Source: Candidatus Fervidifonticultor secundus (GTDB taxonomy: Bacteria; Sysuimicrobiota; Sysuimicrobiia; Sysuimicrobiales; Humicultoraceae). Taken from it: a stretch of 64,000 bases of DNA. The notes under the pieces were generated by a model, which ran no database searches, was not told the DNA's origin, and saw nothing but the letters and a program-made list of their open reading frames with translations. Position 1 is the stretch's first letter. Every line of letters begins with the position of its first letter. This document shows, piece by piece, positions 52,833 to 62,315 of the stretch. Position numbers and translations under genes: made by a program. The stretch lies in assembly GCA_031459385.1 (NCBI GenBank), contig JAVKIP010000001.1:192001-256000 (forward strand). Reading direction: 5' to 3'.

Positions 52833-54323
52833 ATGGCACGCTGGGATCTTGCGGTGGTGAACGGTACGGTCGTAATCCCCTACACCGGCGCGGTCCGGGC
52901 TGACGTGGGCGTCCGCCACGGGCAAATCGCCGCGCTCGCCGACGCCATCGACCCCGCTTCGGCGGACGAGGTCATCGACGCAGCGGGGCGCCTGGTCCTG
53001 CCCGGGGCGATCGACTCTCACTTCCACCTGGGGATCTACCGCTCGATGGCAGAAGACACCGGGTCCGAGACCCGGTCGGCGCTGGCCGGTGGCGTGACCT
53101 CGGTCATCAGTTACTTCCGCACCGGCCAGCACTACCTCAACAGGACCGGCCCCTACCGCGACATCTTCCCCGAGGTGCTGGGTCTCGTCGGGGGCCGCGC
53201 CTACACCGACTACGGCTTCCACATCGCCATCATGACCGCCGACCAGCTCGAGGAGGTGGACTGGCTGGTCGGCTCCCAGGGCGTGGCCTCGTTCAAGTAC
53301 TACATGTTCTACAAAGGGTTGAATCTCACGGCCGACTCCACCCGCGGCAGCGACTACACCATGTCCGAGTCCTACGACCTGGGGCACCTCTACCTCCTCA
53401 TGCGGCAGGTGGCCGCGGCGGCCCGGCGGGTCGGATCGGCGGGACGGATTTCCCTCAGCCTGCACTGCGAGCACGCCGAGTTGATCCGGGTGTTCATCGA
53501 CGAGGTGAAGCGGGCCGGGCTCGCCGGCCTGGAAGCCTACCACCGGGCCCGCCCGCCGCTGACCGAACGGCTCTCGATGGCCGAGGCGGTCATCCTGGCC
53601 GACGCGGTGCGCTGTCCGATCAACCTGCTGCACCTGAGCAGCCGGGAGGCGATCAGTGCGGCGTCGGAGGCCAAGCGGGACCACCCCCACCTGGACGTCC
53701 GGCTGGAGACCACCCTGCACCATCTGGCGCTCACGTACGCCACGGCCGGCGGGCTGTGGGGCAAGGTCAACCCGCCCATCCGCACCGAGGATGACCGCGC
53801 CGCGCTCTGGGAGGCGGTCGCAGATGGCAGAATCGACACCGTTGTCAGCGACCATGCCTGCTGCTTCGAGGAGCAGAAGGGCGAAGACCTCTGGAAGGCG
53901 CTGCCGGGGTTCGGCGGCACTGCGCTGCTCTATCCCTATCTCATCTCAGAGGGCGTTCACCGGCGGGGTCTGCCGCTGGCGCGGATCGCCGAACTGGCCA
54001 GCGCGAACTCCGCCCGGGCCTTCGGCCTCTACCCGCGGAAGGGCACGATCGCGCCGGGCAGCGATGCCGATCTGACCGTCGTCGATCCGGACAGGGAGCA
54101 GGTGGTCTCCCCGGCCCTGCTGCTCTCCGCGCAGGATTTCACGCCGTTTGCCGGCATGCGGGTCCGCGGCTGGCCCACGCATACGGTGCTACGGGGCCGG
54201 CTCGTGTACCGGGACGGCGAGCTGACCGCCCCGCCGACCGGGCGGTATCTGCGCAGACCCGTCGGCCTGCATGAGGTGCCGGCAGAGGTGCCGCCGGCTG
54301 CGGCCAGGGGCGGGCGGATGTGA
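52833..54323 (+). CDS. Cyclic amidohydrolase (dihydroorotase/allantoinase/hydantoinase family)
   Basis: PGAIDSHFH, GGVT, SFKYYM, LHCE, LLHLS, KVNPPIR, SDHA, YPRKG..GSDAD. Confidence 0.9.
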   Translation: MARWDLAVVNGTVVIPYTGAVRADVGVRHGQIAALADAIDPASADEVIDAAGRLVLPGAIDSHFHLGIYRSMAEDTGSETRSALAGGVTSVISYFRTGQHYLNRTGPYRDIFPEVLGLVGGRAYTDYGFHIAIMTADQLEEVDWLVGSQGVASFKYYMFYKGLNLTADSTRGSDYTMSESYDLGHLYLLMRQVAAAARRVGSAGRISLSLHCEHAELIRVFIDEVKRAGLAGLEAYHRARPPLTERLSMAEAVILADAVRCPINLLHLSSREAISAASEAKRDHPHLDVRLETTLHHLALTYATAGGLWGKVNPPIRTEDDRAALWEAVADGRIDTVVSDHACCFEEQKGEDLWKALPGFGGTALLYPYLISEGVHRRGLPLARIAELASANSARAFGLYPRKGTIAPGSDADLTVVDPDREQVVSPALLLSAQDFTPFAGMRVRGWPTHTVLRGRLVYRDGELTAPPTGRYLRRPVGLHEVPAEVPPAAARGGRM

Positions 54324-54458
54324 CGCGGCCGTCCGCAGCGCGGTGTCGGGGCGAGGCGGCCCGAACTCCGTTGCCTAAGGGATCTGCCCCCCGGATCTTC
54401 CCTCCAGTAAAGGCCGTTGTGTGGGCGGCACGCGGCCAGGCCAGTGGTCCCCCTAGGC

Positions 54459-55425
54459 TGTCCTGTTTCGCATTAGTGTTGACAGTAGAGGAGGGCCATG
54501 TGACGAATCCTACCCGCTGGACACCAACCCCGTCCGGGTTGACGGGGAGGACCGCCCATGACCCTCACCGACAGTGTACACGTCTTCCGGCTCCGTGTGA
54601 TCGCCCGGGCCCAGGCCCTGAGGAACGTCAGCCAGGCGTGCCGGGAGTTCGGCATCTCCCGCACGCTGTTCTACCGATGGCGCCGTCGCTACCTGGCCTA
54701 CGGTCCGGATGGTTTGCATCCCCGCCGTCAGGGTCCCGGGCGGGGTCGGCCACCCACCCTGACCGCGCAGGAGGAGCGCGCTATTCTGGCGCTCGCCGTC
54801 GCATGGCCGACATGGGGGCCGGCCCGATTGCCGCCCAGCTGGCGCAGCAGGCCCGGCACATCGAGGCGCGCCGTCCCGGCGAAGTGGTCTGTGTCGATAC
54901 GTTCTACATCGGTAAGCTCAAGGGGGTCGGCAAAGTCTGGCAGTACACCGCCTGCGATGCAGCATGCTCGTATGCCATCGCCGAGGTGTCGACCGAGTTC
55001 TCGGCCCGGGCGGCAGCCCGTTTCCTGACCGGGCGAGTCGGGCCGGCCTATCAGAAGGCGGGCTGGATCATCCAGTGGGTCCTGACCGATCAGGGCAGCG
55101 AGTACCGGGGGGCGTTCGATCAGGCCTGTCGGGCGCTGGGAATCCAGCACACGCGGACCCAACCCCGCCATGCCTGGACCAACGGCTTCGTCGAGCGCCT
55201 GCAAGGCACCATCCTGAGCGAGCTGTGGCGCCTGGAGTTCCGCCGACGCTTCTTCACCCGCGTGGTGACCATGCAGGACGCTCTGGATCGCTACCTGACG
55301 TTCTACAATCACCACCGTCCCCACCTGGGGTATCGGACCCGAGGTCGTACCCCTGGCGAGCTCTTCATGCACCACAAGGAGGTCTCCTCATGAGCAAGGT
55401 GTCAACACCCTTCCGGAACTTGACA
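54459..55425 (+). mobile_element. IS481-family insertion sequence, degenerate
   Basis: TGT...ACA ends; 26-bp imperfect terminal IRs (19/26 match); flanking 8-bp direct repeat CCCTAGGC at 54451-54458 and 55426-55433. Confidence 0.9.
54558..55393 (+). pseudogene. IS481-family DDE transposase, frameshifted at about 54825 and apparently internally deleted
   Basis: HTH (VSQACREFGISRTLFYRW..WGP) in one frame; integrase core (VDTF, LTDQGSEY, TNGFVERL, YNHHRPH) in another. Confidence 0.85.
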
Positions 55426-55514
55426 CCCTAGGCTAAGGGCGGGTCCTCGACGCCAGGAAGCCGGGGCGCCTGACCACAATCCCCGGCAAAGCCACCGTAT
55501 GCTCCGTCTCTTCC

Positions 55515-55712
55515 ATGCCTATTGCTTCGCTGCCGAATCGGACTTTCGCGCCTGACGCGACGTTCTTGCGTGAAGCGCTTGAAGACCTCGGCCAGCTTCG
55601 CTTCTATGTTGCCGGCCCCCCGGGCATGGTGGACGGGATGGTGCGCGCGCTCGTCGAGGTGGGCGCCGCCGCCGACCGCATCAGAACCGAGCAGTTCTCG
55701 GGATACGAATGA
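55515..55712 (+). pseudogene. C-terminal fragment of an FNR-like NAD(P)-binding oxidoreductase
   Basis: FYVAGPPGMV...IRTEQFSGY is the typical FNR-family C-terminus; no FAD-binding domain upstream. Confidence 0.7.
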
Positions 55713-55849
55713 GCCCCGTGCAGGTCCTTGGGTGGGCCGGAACAGCCGTCGTGGTCTACCCGTATCTGCCGCAGATCGTCCGCCTTGAGCGAGCGCGTGG
55801 GGTGCCGCGACGGACGGCCGCAGGCTGGTGTGGTCCTCATGCCGCGTAG
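55709..55849 (+). pseudogene. Truncated PQ-loop/SemiSWEET-like membrane protein
   Basis: MSPVQVLGWAGTAVVVYPYLPQIVRL (TM plus PQ motif), ATGA-coupled to the FNR fragment, ends after 46 aa inside the convergent permease gene. Confidence 0.5.
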
Positions 55850-56736
55850 CGCAGCCGCGGGTCGAGGAAGTCGCGCAGCCCGTCGCCCAGCAGGTTCAGC
55901 GCCAGCACCGTCAAGATGATGGCCGCGCCGGGGAAGATGCTGATCCACCAGGCCTGCTGCACGTAGAGCTGCCCGCTGGCGATGAGGCCGCCCCAGGTGG
56001 GGATCTCGGGCGGCACGCCCACGCCCAGGAAGCTCAGGGCCGCCTCGCCCAGCATGGCGTAGGCTGCGATGAAGGTGGCCTGCACGATCACGGGCGAGAC
56101 GCTGTTGGCCAGCACATGACGCACCAGGATGCGGCCGCCCGAGGCGCCGACGGCCCGCGCGGCGTCCACGAACTCCTGGTGGACGATGACCAGCACCGAA
56201 GCCCGCACGACCCGCGCCACCCTGGGCGTGTAGACGAAGCTGAGGGCGATGATGACGTTACGCAGGCTGGGGCCCAGGGCCGCCATGAGGGCGATGGCCA
56301 GCAGGATGTCGGGGAAAGCCATCAAGCCGTCCATCACCCGCATGATGACGCGGTCCAGGCGCGGGCTCGCCCCGGCCACGAGCCCCACGATGACGCCGGC
56401 GCAGATGGCCAGCGCCGTCACCAGCGCGCCCACCAGCAGTGACAGGCGCGCGCCGAACATCACGCGGCTGAGCACGTCGCGGCCGAAGTCGTCGGTGCCG
56501 AACCGGTGCCGGGCGCCGGGTCCCTGCAGCCGCGCCGGCGGATCAAGTTCCAGCGGATCGTAGGGCGCGAGCCACGGGGCCGCCACGGCCACGGCCACCA
56601 TGGCCGCCAGGATGGCCGCGCCCAGGCCGATGACGCGGCGCCGGCGGATCATGCGCGCAACGAGCGCCACCACCCCGGGCCGCCGTCCGTCTGCGGCACC
56701 GGGCCGCGCTGGCCGGGCGAGGGCCGCGCCGCGCAT
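55837..56736 (-). CDS. Peptide/nickel ABC transporter permease (DppC-like)
   Basis: FGTDDFGRD, FVDAARAVGA, SFLGVGVPPEIPTWG, GDGLRD. Confidence 0.95.
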   Translation of the reverse strand: MRGAALARPARPGAADGRRPGVVALVARMIRRRRVIGLGAAILAAMVAVAVAAPWLAPYDPLELDPPARLQGPGARHRFGTDDFGRDVLSRVMFGARLSLLVGALVTALAICAGVIVGLVAGASPRLDRVIMRVMDGLMAFPDILLAIALMAALGPSLRNVIIALSFVYTPRVARVVRASVLVIVHQEFVDAARAVGASGGRILVRHVLANSVSPVIVQATFIAAYAMLGEAALSFLGVGVPPEIPTWGGLIASGQLYVQQAWWISIFPGAAIILTVLALNLLGDGLRDFLDPRLRYAA

Positions 56737-56737
56737 C

Positions 56738-57679
56738 TCAGTACTTCACCCGGGGGTCCACGGCCAGGTAGAGCACATCGACGACCAGGTTGATCAGGAC
56801 GTAGCTGGTGGTGACCACCAGCGTCACGCCCTGTATCACCGGGTAGTCCCTGCGCAGCACCGAGGAGACCACGAGCTGGCCCAGGCCCGGGATCGCGAAG
56901 ACCGTCTCGGTCACCACCGCGCCGCCCATGAGCGCCGCGAACGTCAGCCCTACCACGGTGAGGATCGGCACCAGCGCGTTGCGCAGGGCATGCCGGAAGA
57001 TCACCACCCGCTCCGCCAGGCCCTTGGCCCGCGCCGTGCGCACGTAGTCGGCGCCGATCACGTCCAGCAGGCTGCTGCGCACGAAGCGGATGATGAGCGC
57101 CGAGTTGGGCAGCCCCAGGGCCAGCGCCGGCAGGATCAGATGACGGACGCTGGGCCAGAGCCCCTCGGTGAGCGGTTTGAACCCCGACGAGGGCAACCAG
57201 CCGAATCCCACGGCGAACACTACGATCAGCGACAGTCCCAGCCAGAAACTGGGGACCGCCGCGCCGAGCAGGGCCAGGGCCAGGCTGGCCTGGTCGAGCC
57301 ATGAGTTGCGGAAGACGGCCGAGACGATCCCGACGGGGATGCCGATGCACAGGGCCACGGTGATGGCCACCAGCGAGAGCATCATCGTTGGGCCGATGTG
57401 CTGCGCGATGATCCGACGGACGGGGAGCCGGTTGAAGTAGGAGACGCCCAGGTCGCCGCGGAGGGCCCGCCCTGTCCACAGACCGAACTGGACCACCAGC
57501 GGCCGGTCGAGGCCCAGGTGGCGGCGCAGGGCCTGCACCTGCTCGGGCCGGGCGTCCTCTCCTAGCAGCACGCGCACCGGGTCGCCGGGGGTGAAGCGCG
57601 TGAGGCCGAACACCACCGCGGCGACCACCAGGAGCACCGGCACCAGGGCCAGGACCCGTCCGGCCAGGTACGACGTCAC
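56738..57679 (-). CDS. Peptide/nickel ABC transporter permease (DppB-like)
   Basis: PGDP, LGLDRP, DYVRTARAKG, HALRNAL; GTG start about 57679. Confidence 0.95.
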   Translation of the reverse strand: MTSYLAGRVLALVPVLLVVAAVVFGLTRFTPGDPVRVLLGEDARPEQVQALRRHLGLDRPLVVQFGLWTGRALRGDLGVSYFNRLPVRRIIAQHIGPTMMLSLVAITVALCIGIPVGIVSAVFRNSWLDQASLALALLGAAVPSFWLGLSLIVVFAVGFGWLPSSGFKPLTEGLWPSVRHLILPALALGLPNSALIIRFVRSSLLDVIGADYVRTARAKGLAERVVIFRHALRNALVPILTVVGLTFAALMGGAVVTETVFAIPGLGQLVVSSVLRRDYPVIQGVTLVVTTSYVLINLVVDVLYLAVDPRVKY

Positions 57680-57728
57680 GGGGGAGCCTCGGCGGGCGCG
57701 GGCACGGGGGACGCTGACGCACACGCCG

Positions 57729-57760
57729 CGCGGGCCGGCGCCAGAAGGCGCCGGCCCGCG
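57729..57760 (-). terminator. Perfect 14-bp GC stem-loop downstream of the SBP gene (attenuator or mRNA-stabilising hairpin)
   Basis: cgcgggccggcgcc-agaa-ggcgccggcccgcg; no U-tract. Confidence 0.55.
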
Positions 57761-57794
57761 TTGCGGCTAGGTCCGCACAGGGCGCGTCACCCGG

Positions 57795-59351
57795 TCACTT
57801 GATCGCCGGCAGGTTCCAGGTGACGAACCACGGCGCCGGCGTGAAACCCTGCAGCGCCCTGGCCCGCAGGTGCACGAAGAAGAACTCGCCGGCCTTGACC
57901 CAGCTGGCCTCGGTGAAGACCAGCTCGTGCAGCTTGTGCCAGAGGCGCTGGCGTTCCTGCGGGTCGACCGCCCGGTTGAACTGACGGAACAGCTCGGTCT
58001 TGGCCGGCGAATCCCACCAGCCCGGGTAGGCCGGGCTGAAGACGTCGATGAGGGACGGGTCGGGCACGAACCCGTGGCCGGTGGTGAACATCTCCCATTC
58101 CGCGGGCTTGGCGCGCCGCTCGACGACACCGGCCCACTCGTAGACCTGCTGGTCGATGGTGAACCCCGCGCGCCGCAGCTGTGTGACCGCCACGGTGGTG
58201 GACTTGAACATCCAGTCGTACTGGAGCGTGGTCAGCCAGCGGATCGGCTCGCCCTTGTAGCCCGCTTCGGCGGCCAGCCGCTTGGCCCGCTCCACGTCGC
58301 CCACGTTGTACCACTCGGCGCCGGCCTCCGAGTACCAGGGCGTGCCGCGCGGGTAAAGGCTGGGCGACAGCGCGTACAGGTCAGGGTTCCCGATCGTCAC
58401 CTGCAGGATCGGCTGCATGTTGAGGGCCACCAGGATCGCCTGGCGCAGCTTCACGTTGGACGTGAGGGCTGACTTCTTGTTGAAGAAGAAGACCAGCCAG
58501 ATGCCACGGTCGACGATCTCGGGCACGACCCGCGGGTCGGCCTTCAGCTGAGCATAGAGGTCGGTGCTCACGCTGTCGGCCACGTCGAACTCGCCGGTCT
58601 GCACGCCCGCGATGCGCGTGGCCACGTTGCCCACCGGGTAGAAGACCACCTCGTCAGCGAGCGGGTCGCGCCGGCCAGCGTAGAGGCTCGGCGGCTCCGT
58701 CCGCGGAGTGTACTTCGCCCACCGCGCCAGCCGGATGTGCCGGTTGGGCGCCCACTCCACGAAGCGGTAGGGCCCGGTGCCGATGAACTCCTTGACCGGC
58801 CCGACCGGCGTGGCGTCCGCGATCTCCTTGGGCATGATGGCGGCCATGGAGCTGGGCAGCGCCAGAAAGGCCAGCAGGGGCGCGAACGGGTCCTTCATGC
58901 GCATGACCACCGTGTACCGGTCCTGCGCGCTCACCGCCTCCACCGACTGGTAGACGACTGCGCCGCGCGAGCCGACCTTGCCCCAGCGGTTCAGCGACGC
59001 CACCACGTCGTCGGCGGTCATCTCCTTGTCGTTGTGGAAGACGACGTTGCGCCGGAGCCGAAACGTGTACGTGCGGCCGTCGGGGCTGATCGTGTACGAC
59101 TCGACCAGCATCGGCTGCGGGCGCCAGCTGCGGTCGAAGGCGAACAGGCCCTCGAAGATCGAGGCGCCAACGTTGGCCGTGACGCCCACGGTCGTCGCCG
59201 ACGGGTCGAGCGTCGGCGGCTCGCCGATCAGGGCGAAGCGCAGCACCCCGCCCCGCCGTGGTGTGGGGCCGGCCGTCGATGTCGCCGCAGCCGCCAGCAC
59301 GGCGGCGATCACCAGGACACCACAGAGCCGCAATCCTTGCCCACGCCCCAT
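57795..59351 (-). CDS. ABC solute-binding protein family 5
   Basis: Signal peptide, RGGVLR..EPPTLDP, LRRNVVFHN, GTGPY, AEAGYKGE. Confidence 0.95.
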   Translation of the reverse strand: MGRGQGLRLCGVLVIAAVLAAAATSTAGPTPRRGGVLRFALIGEPPTLDPSATTVGVTANVGASIFEGLFAFDRSWRPQPMLVESYTISPDGRTYTFRLRRNVVFHNDKEMTADDVVASLNRWGKVGSRGAVVYQSVEAVSAQDRYTVVMRMKDPFAPLLAFLALPSSMAAIMPKEIADATPVGPVKEFIGTGPYRFVEWAPNRHIRLARWAKYTPRTEPPSLYAGRRDPLADEVVFYPVGNVATRIAGVQTGEFDVADSVSTDLYAQLKADPRVVPEIVDRGIWLVFFFNKKSALTSNVKLRQAILVALNMQPILQVTIGNPDLYALSPSLYPRGTPWYSEAGAEWYNVGDVERAKRLAAEAGYKGEPIRWLTTLQYDWMFKSTTVAVTQLRRAGFTIDQQVYEWAGVVERRAKPAEWEMFTTGHGFVPDPSLIDVFSPAYPGWWDSPAKTELFRQFNRAVDPQERQRLWHKLHELVFTEASWVKAGEFFFVHLRARALQGFTPAPWFVTWNLPAIK

Positions 59352-59453
59352 GCCAATCCCCCCTGGGAACGAGTGACGTGCCCGGTGCGATATCGGGAAC
59401 CCGTCGGCCAGTATTCGAACGCCTCGGGGCCCTCTCCTGCGGCTGCGGTGCCC

Positions 59454-60125
59454 TCAGGGCGGCGTCCTGAGGAGCGTGACCCCGAAGGAGGCAAAGTAGA
59501 GGCTGGTGGCCATGACGAACACGCCGCAGACGGCCAGCGCGGCGCGGTACACCTGCTGGGGAATCCTCCCGCGCCCCGCGCCCACGACCAGCGCCAGCAG
59601 GCTGCACCAGCCCAGGTCCAGCGCCAGGTGGCCGGCCAGGAAGAGCGCCAGGAGCGCGGCGGCGCCGAACCGCGCGAACAGCACGTAGTACGCCGCGCCC
59701 ACCGTCGCCCACCAGAGCAACCAGTACGGGTTGGCGACGGTCGCCAGCAGGCCCGCGCGCACGACCGCCGCCCCGCCGCCCGCGATGCCCGGCCCGGCCG
59801 CGGCTGGCCCGGCCCCCCAATCCATGCTCCGGCGCGCGGTCTGCACGATGCCCCAGCCCATCCACGCCAGCACGATGCCGCCGGCCAGGCCGATCGTCCC
59901 CACGACCGCGGGGTGCTGCAGGATGCGGCTCGTGCCCGCCGCCAGCGCCCCGAACATGGCGGCCTCGGCCAGGGCGTGCCCGAGGGTGACCAGCGGGCCA
60001 GCCACGGCGCCGCGCCGGGCGCCCTCGCTCACGGCCAGCGCGGAGACCGGCCCGGGGGCGAGCACCCCCGACAGGCTGATCGCCCACCAGCTCAGCGAGA
60101 CGAGCAACAGGTCGCGCAGGGCCAC
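59454..60125 (-). CDS. LysE family exporter
   Basis: SGVLAPGP, GHALAE, ANPYWLLWW; start approximate. Confidence 0.85.
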   Translation of the reverse strand: MALRDLLLVSLSWWAISLSGVLAPGPVSALAVSEGARRGAVAGPLVTLGHALAEAAMFGALAAGTSRILQHPAVVGTIGLAGGIVLAWMGWGIVQTARRSMDWGAGPAAAGPGIAGGGAAVVRAGLLATVANPYWLLWWATVGAAYYVLFARFGAAALLALFLAGHLALDLGWCSLLALVVGAGRGRIPQQVYRAALAVCGVFVMATSLYFASFGVTLLRTPP

Positions 60126-60142
60126 GGCGCGCCGCCGGGCGC

Positions 60143-60931
60143 TTACGTCCGCGCCCGGGCCCGGCTCGCCAGCCCCTCGGCGATCCTGGCGTAGAGGGCC
60201 TGGGCCGCGCCGGCGAACAGCCGCGCGTCGCTGGTGGCGCCGACGAACGTGAACCCCTGGTCGATGCGCTCCAGGACTTCCTCGGCACCGCCGCAGAGGT
60301 ATCCTGCAGCCTTCCCGTGGCGCTGCGCGGCCCTGAGGACGCGCGCGCACGCTGCCCGGAATTCGGGATGGTCGAACTGCCGGAACACACCCAGGCTGGT
60401 CGACAGGTCGTTGGGGCCGATGAAGAGGACGTCCACGCCTGGGGTCGCGGCGATCTCGTCCACGGCCTCCAGGGCGCCCGGCGTCTCGATCTGGATGACG
60501 ACCAGGACCTCCTGGTTGAAGGTCCGGTAGTACTCCGCCAGGTCCATGCCGTAGCGCGTGAGCCGGGCGCCGGCGACCCCGCGGATCCCCTCCGGCGGGA
60601 ACTTCGCGGCCGCCACCGCCGCCTGCGCCTCCCGGGCCGAGTTCACCAGGGGCACGACGATCCCGTACCCGCCCCGGTCGAGGGCCTGTTTGATCAGCGG
60701 TACCTCGTTGCCCGCCACGCGCACGATGGGCACCACCGGTGTGCCCTTGATGGCCCGCAGCATGTCCTCCAGCCGGTCCCCGGCGATGGGGGAGTGCTCG
60801 GTGTCGAAGACGAGCCAGTCCATGCCGAACGAGGCCAGCAGCTCCACCAGCGACGGGGACGGCAGGCTGATCCAGTGGCCGATGACGGGTTCGCCGGTCC
60901 GCAGACGCGCCTTCACACGATTGGTGACCAC
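60143..60931 (-). CDS. HpcH/HpaI class II pyruvate aldolase family
   Basis: FDTEHSP, VRV, FPPEGIRG, QIET, FIGPNDLS; TGGAGG RBS. Confidence 0.9.
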   Translation of the reverse strand: MVTNRVKARLRTGEPVIGHWISLPSPSLVELLASFGMDWLVFDTEHSPIAGDRLEDMLRAIKGTPVVPIVRVAGNEVPLIKQALDRGGYGIVVPLVNSAREAQAAVAAAKFPPEGIRGVAGARLTRYGMDLAEYYRTFNQEVLVVIQIETPGALEAVDEIAATPGVDVLFIGPNDLSTSLGVFRQFDHPEFRAACARVLRAAQRHGKAAGYLCGGAEEVLERIDQGFTFVGATSDARLFAGAAQALYARIAEGLASRARART

Positions 60932-61105
60932 TCGTGTACACCTCCAGGGCTGCGTTATCGTAACGGGTTCACCGCGCGTGCGCTCCAGGCCTGCCGGCGG
61001 TCGCCGCGCGCCGCGTCCGCGCCGGACGGCCACGCGCGTGGAGGAGGGCGCCGCTACGGCCGTGAACATCCTGGCCGGTCCACAGCGATGGGAGGCGATG
61101 CCGGT

Positions 61106-62131
61106 GTGAAGATCGACGTGTTCTGCCACATCTTTCCCGAGCAGTACTACGAGCGCATGGTGGCCCACGCCGCGGCCGGGGGGTACATGCAGAAGCGCGT
61201 ACGCGGGCTCGATACCCTGGTGAACCTCGAGCGCCGCTTCCGGCTCATGGACCAGTATCCGGGCTACGTGCAGGTCCTCTCGCTGGCGTCGCCGCCGCCC
61301 GAGGCCGTGGCCGGACCGCAACACGCGGCGGAGCTGGCCCGGGTGGCCAACGATGGCATGGCCGACCTGGTCGACCGCTACCCTGACCGGTTTCCGGGGT
61401 TCGTGGCCTCGCTCCCCATGCACGAGCCAGATGCGGCGGTGCAGGAAGCGGAGCGTGCGGTCGGCGCGCTCGGCGCCACCGGCGTGCAGATCTACACCAA
61501 CGTCAACGGCCGACCCCTGGACGACCCCGACTACCTGCCGCTGTTCGCCCTCATGGCCCGCCACGACCTGCCGGTCTGGGTACACCCCGCGCGCACCCCC
61601 GAGCACGCCGACTACCCGACGGAGACGCGGTCGAAGTACGACCTGTGGTGGGCGCTGGGCTGGCCGTATGAAACCAGTGTGTTCATGGGCCGCATGGTCT
61701 TCGCGGGCATGTTCGACCGCTTCCCCGGCCTCAAGCTCATTACCCACCACATGGGCGGGATCGTGCCGTATCTGGAGGGCCGCGTCGGGTACGGGCTCGA
61801 TCAGCTCGGGCGGCGCACCGACGACGCGGAGGACCTGCGGGCCCGCCAGGCGCTGCGGCGGCGCCCGCTCGACTACTTCCGCATGTTCTACGCCGACACG
61901 GCCCTCTTCGGCGCGCTGCCCGCGACCGAGTGCGGCCTGGCCTTCTTCGGCGCCGACCGCGTGCTGTTCGCCACCGACTTCCCGTTCGATCCCGAGGGCG
62001 GGGCGCTGTTCCTGCCGCTGACCATCAGGGTGATCGAGGATATCACGGCCTCGCCCGACGACAAGGAGAAGATCTTCGCGGGCAACGCGCGACGCCTGCT
62101 GCGGCTGAAGCCGTCGGCCGGCAGGGACTAA
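61106..62131 (+). CDS. Amidohydrolase_2 family protein (ACMSD/LigW-like decarboxylase or hydratase)
   Basis: IDVFCHI, ANDGMA..YPDRF, WVHP, ITHHMGG, YADTA, FATDFPF, GNARRLL; GGAGG RBS. Confidence 0.85.
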   Translation: MKIDVFCHIFPEQYYERMVAHAAAGGYMQKRVRGLDTLVNLERRFRLMDQYPGYVQVLSLASPPPEAVAGPQHAAELARVANDGMADLVDRYPDRFPGFVASLPMHEPDAAVQEAERAVGALGATGVQIYTNVNGRPLDDPDYLPLFALMARHDLPVWVHPARTPEHADYPTETRSKYDLWWALGWPYETSVFMGRMVFAGMFDRFPGLKLITHHMGGIVPYLEGRVGYGLDQLGRRTDDAEDLRARQALRRRPLDYFRMFYADTALFGALPATECGLAFFGADRVLFATDFPFDPEGGALFLPLTIRVIEDITASPDDKEKIFAGNARRLLRLKPSAGRD

Positions 62132-62207
62132 GCCGGGCGGCGGCGTCGCCTCTTGCGCTTGCGCGGTCTTGCGGGTAGCCTGACACAGGCAGGGCAGGGG
62201 AGTCGTC

Positions 62208-62300
62208 ATGGTCCTCACGGTACGTGCGGTCTCCACCCTCGACGCCGGCTCCCGCGTGCACCGCATGCCGAAAGGCCGGATGCTGCGCATCGTGCCCTAG
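62208..62300 (+). CDS. Possible 30-aa small ORF
   Basis: GGGGAG RBS 6 nt before ATG; MVLTVRAVSTLDAGSRVHRMPKGRMLRIVP; fills the gap between two + strand genes. Confidence 0.3.
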   Translation: MVLTVRAVSTLDAGSRVHRMPKGRMLRIVP

Positions 62301-62315
62301 CCGTCGGGCGCCCCG

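Noticed and set aside
54320..54830. N-terminal part of the 357-aa ORF 54320..55393
   Set aside because: Starts outside the IS end and is a fortuitous open frame; only the part after about 54825 is transposase
54810..54840. Programmed frameshift in the IS481 transposase
   Set aside because: No slippery heptamer or A-run at the junction; IS481 transposases are normally single ORFs; the additional apparent deletion points to decay
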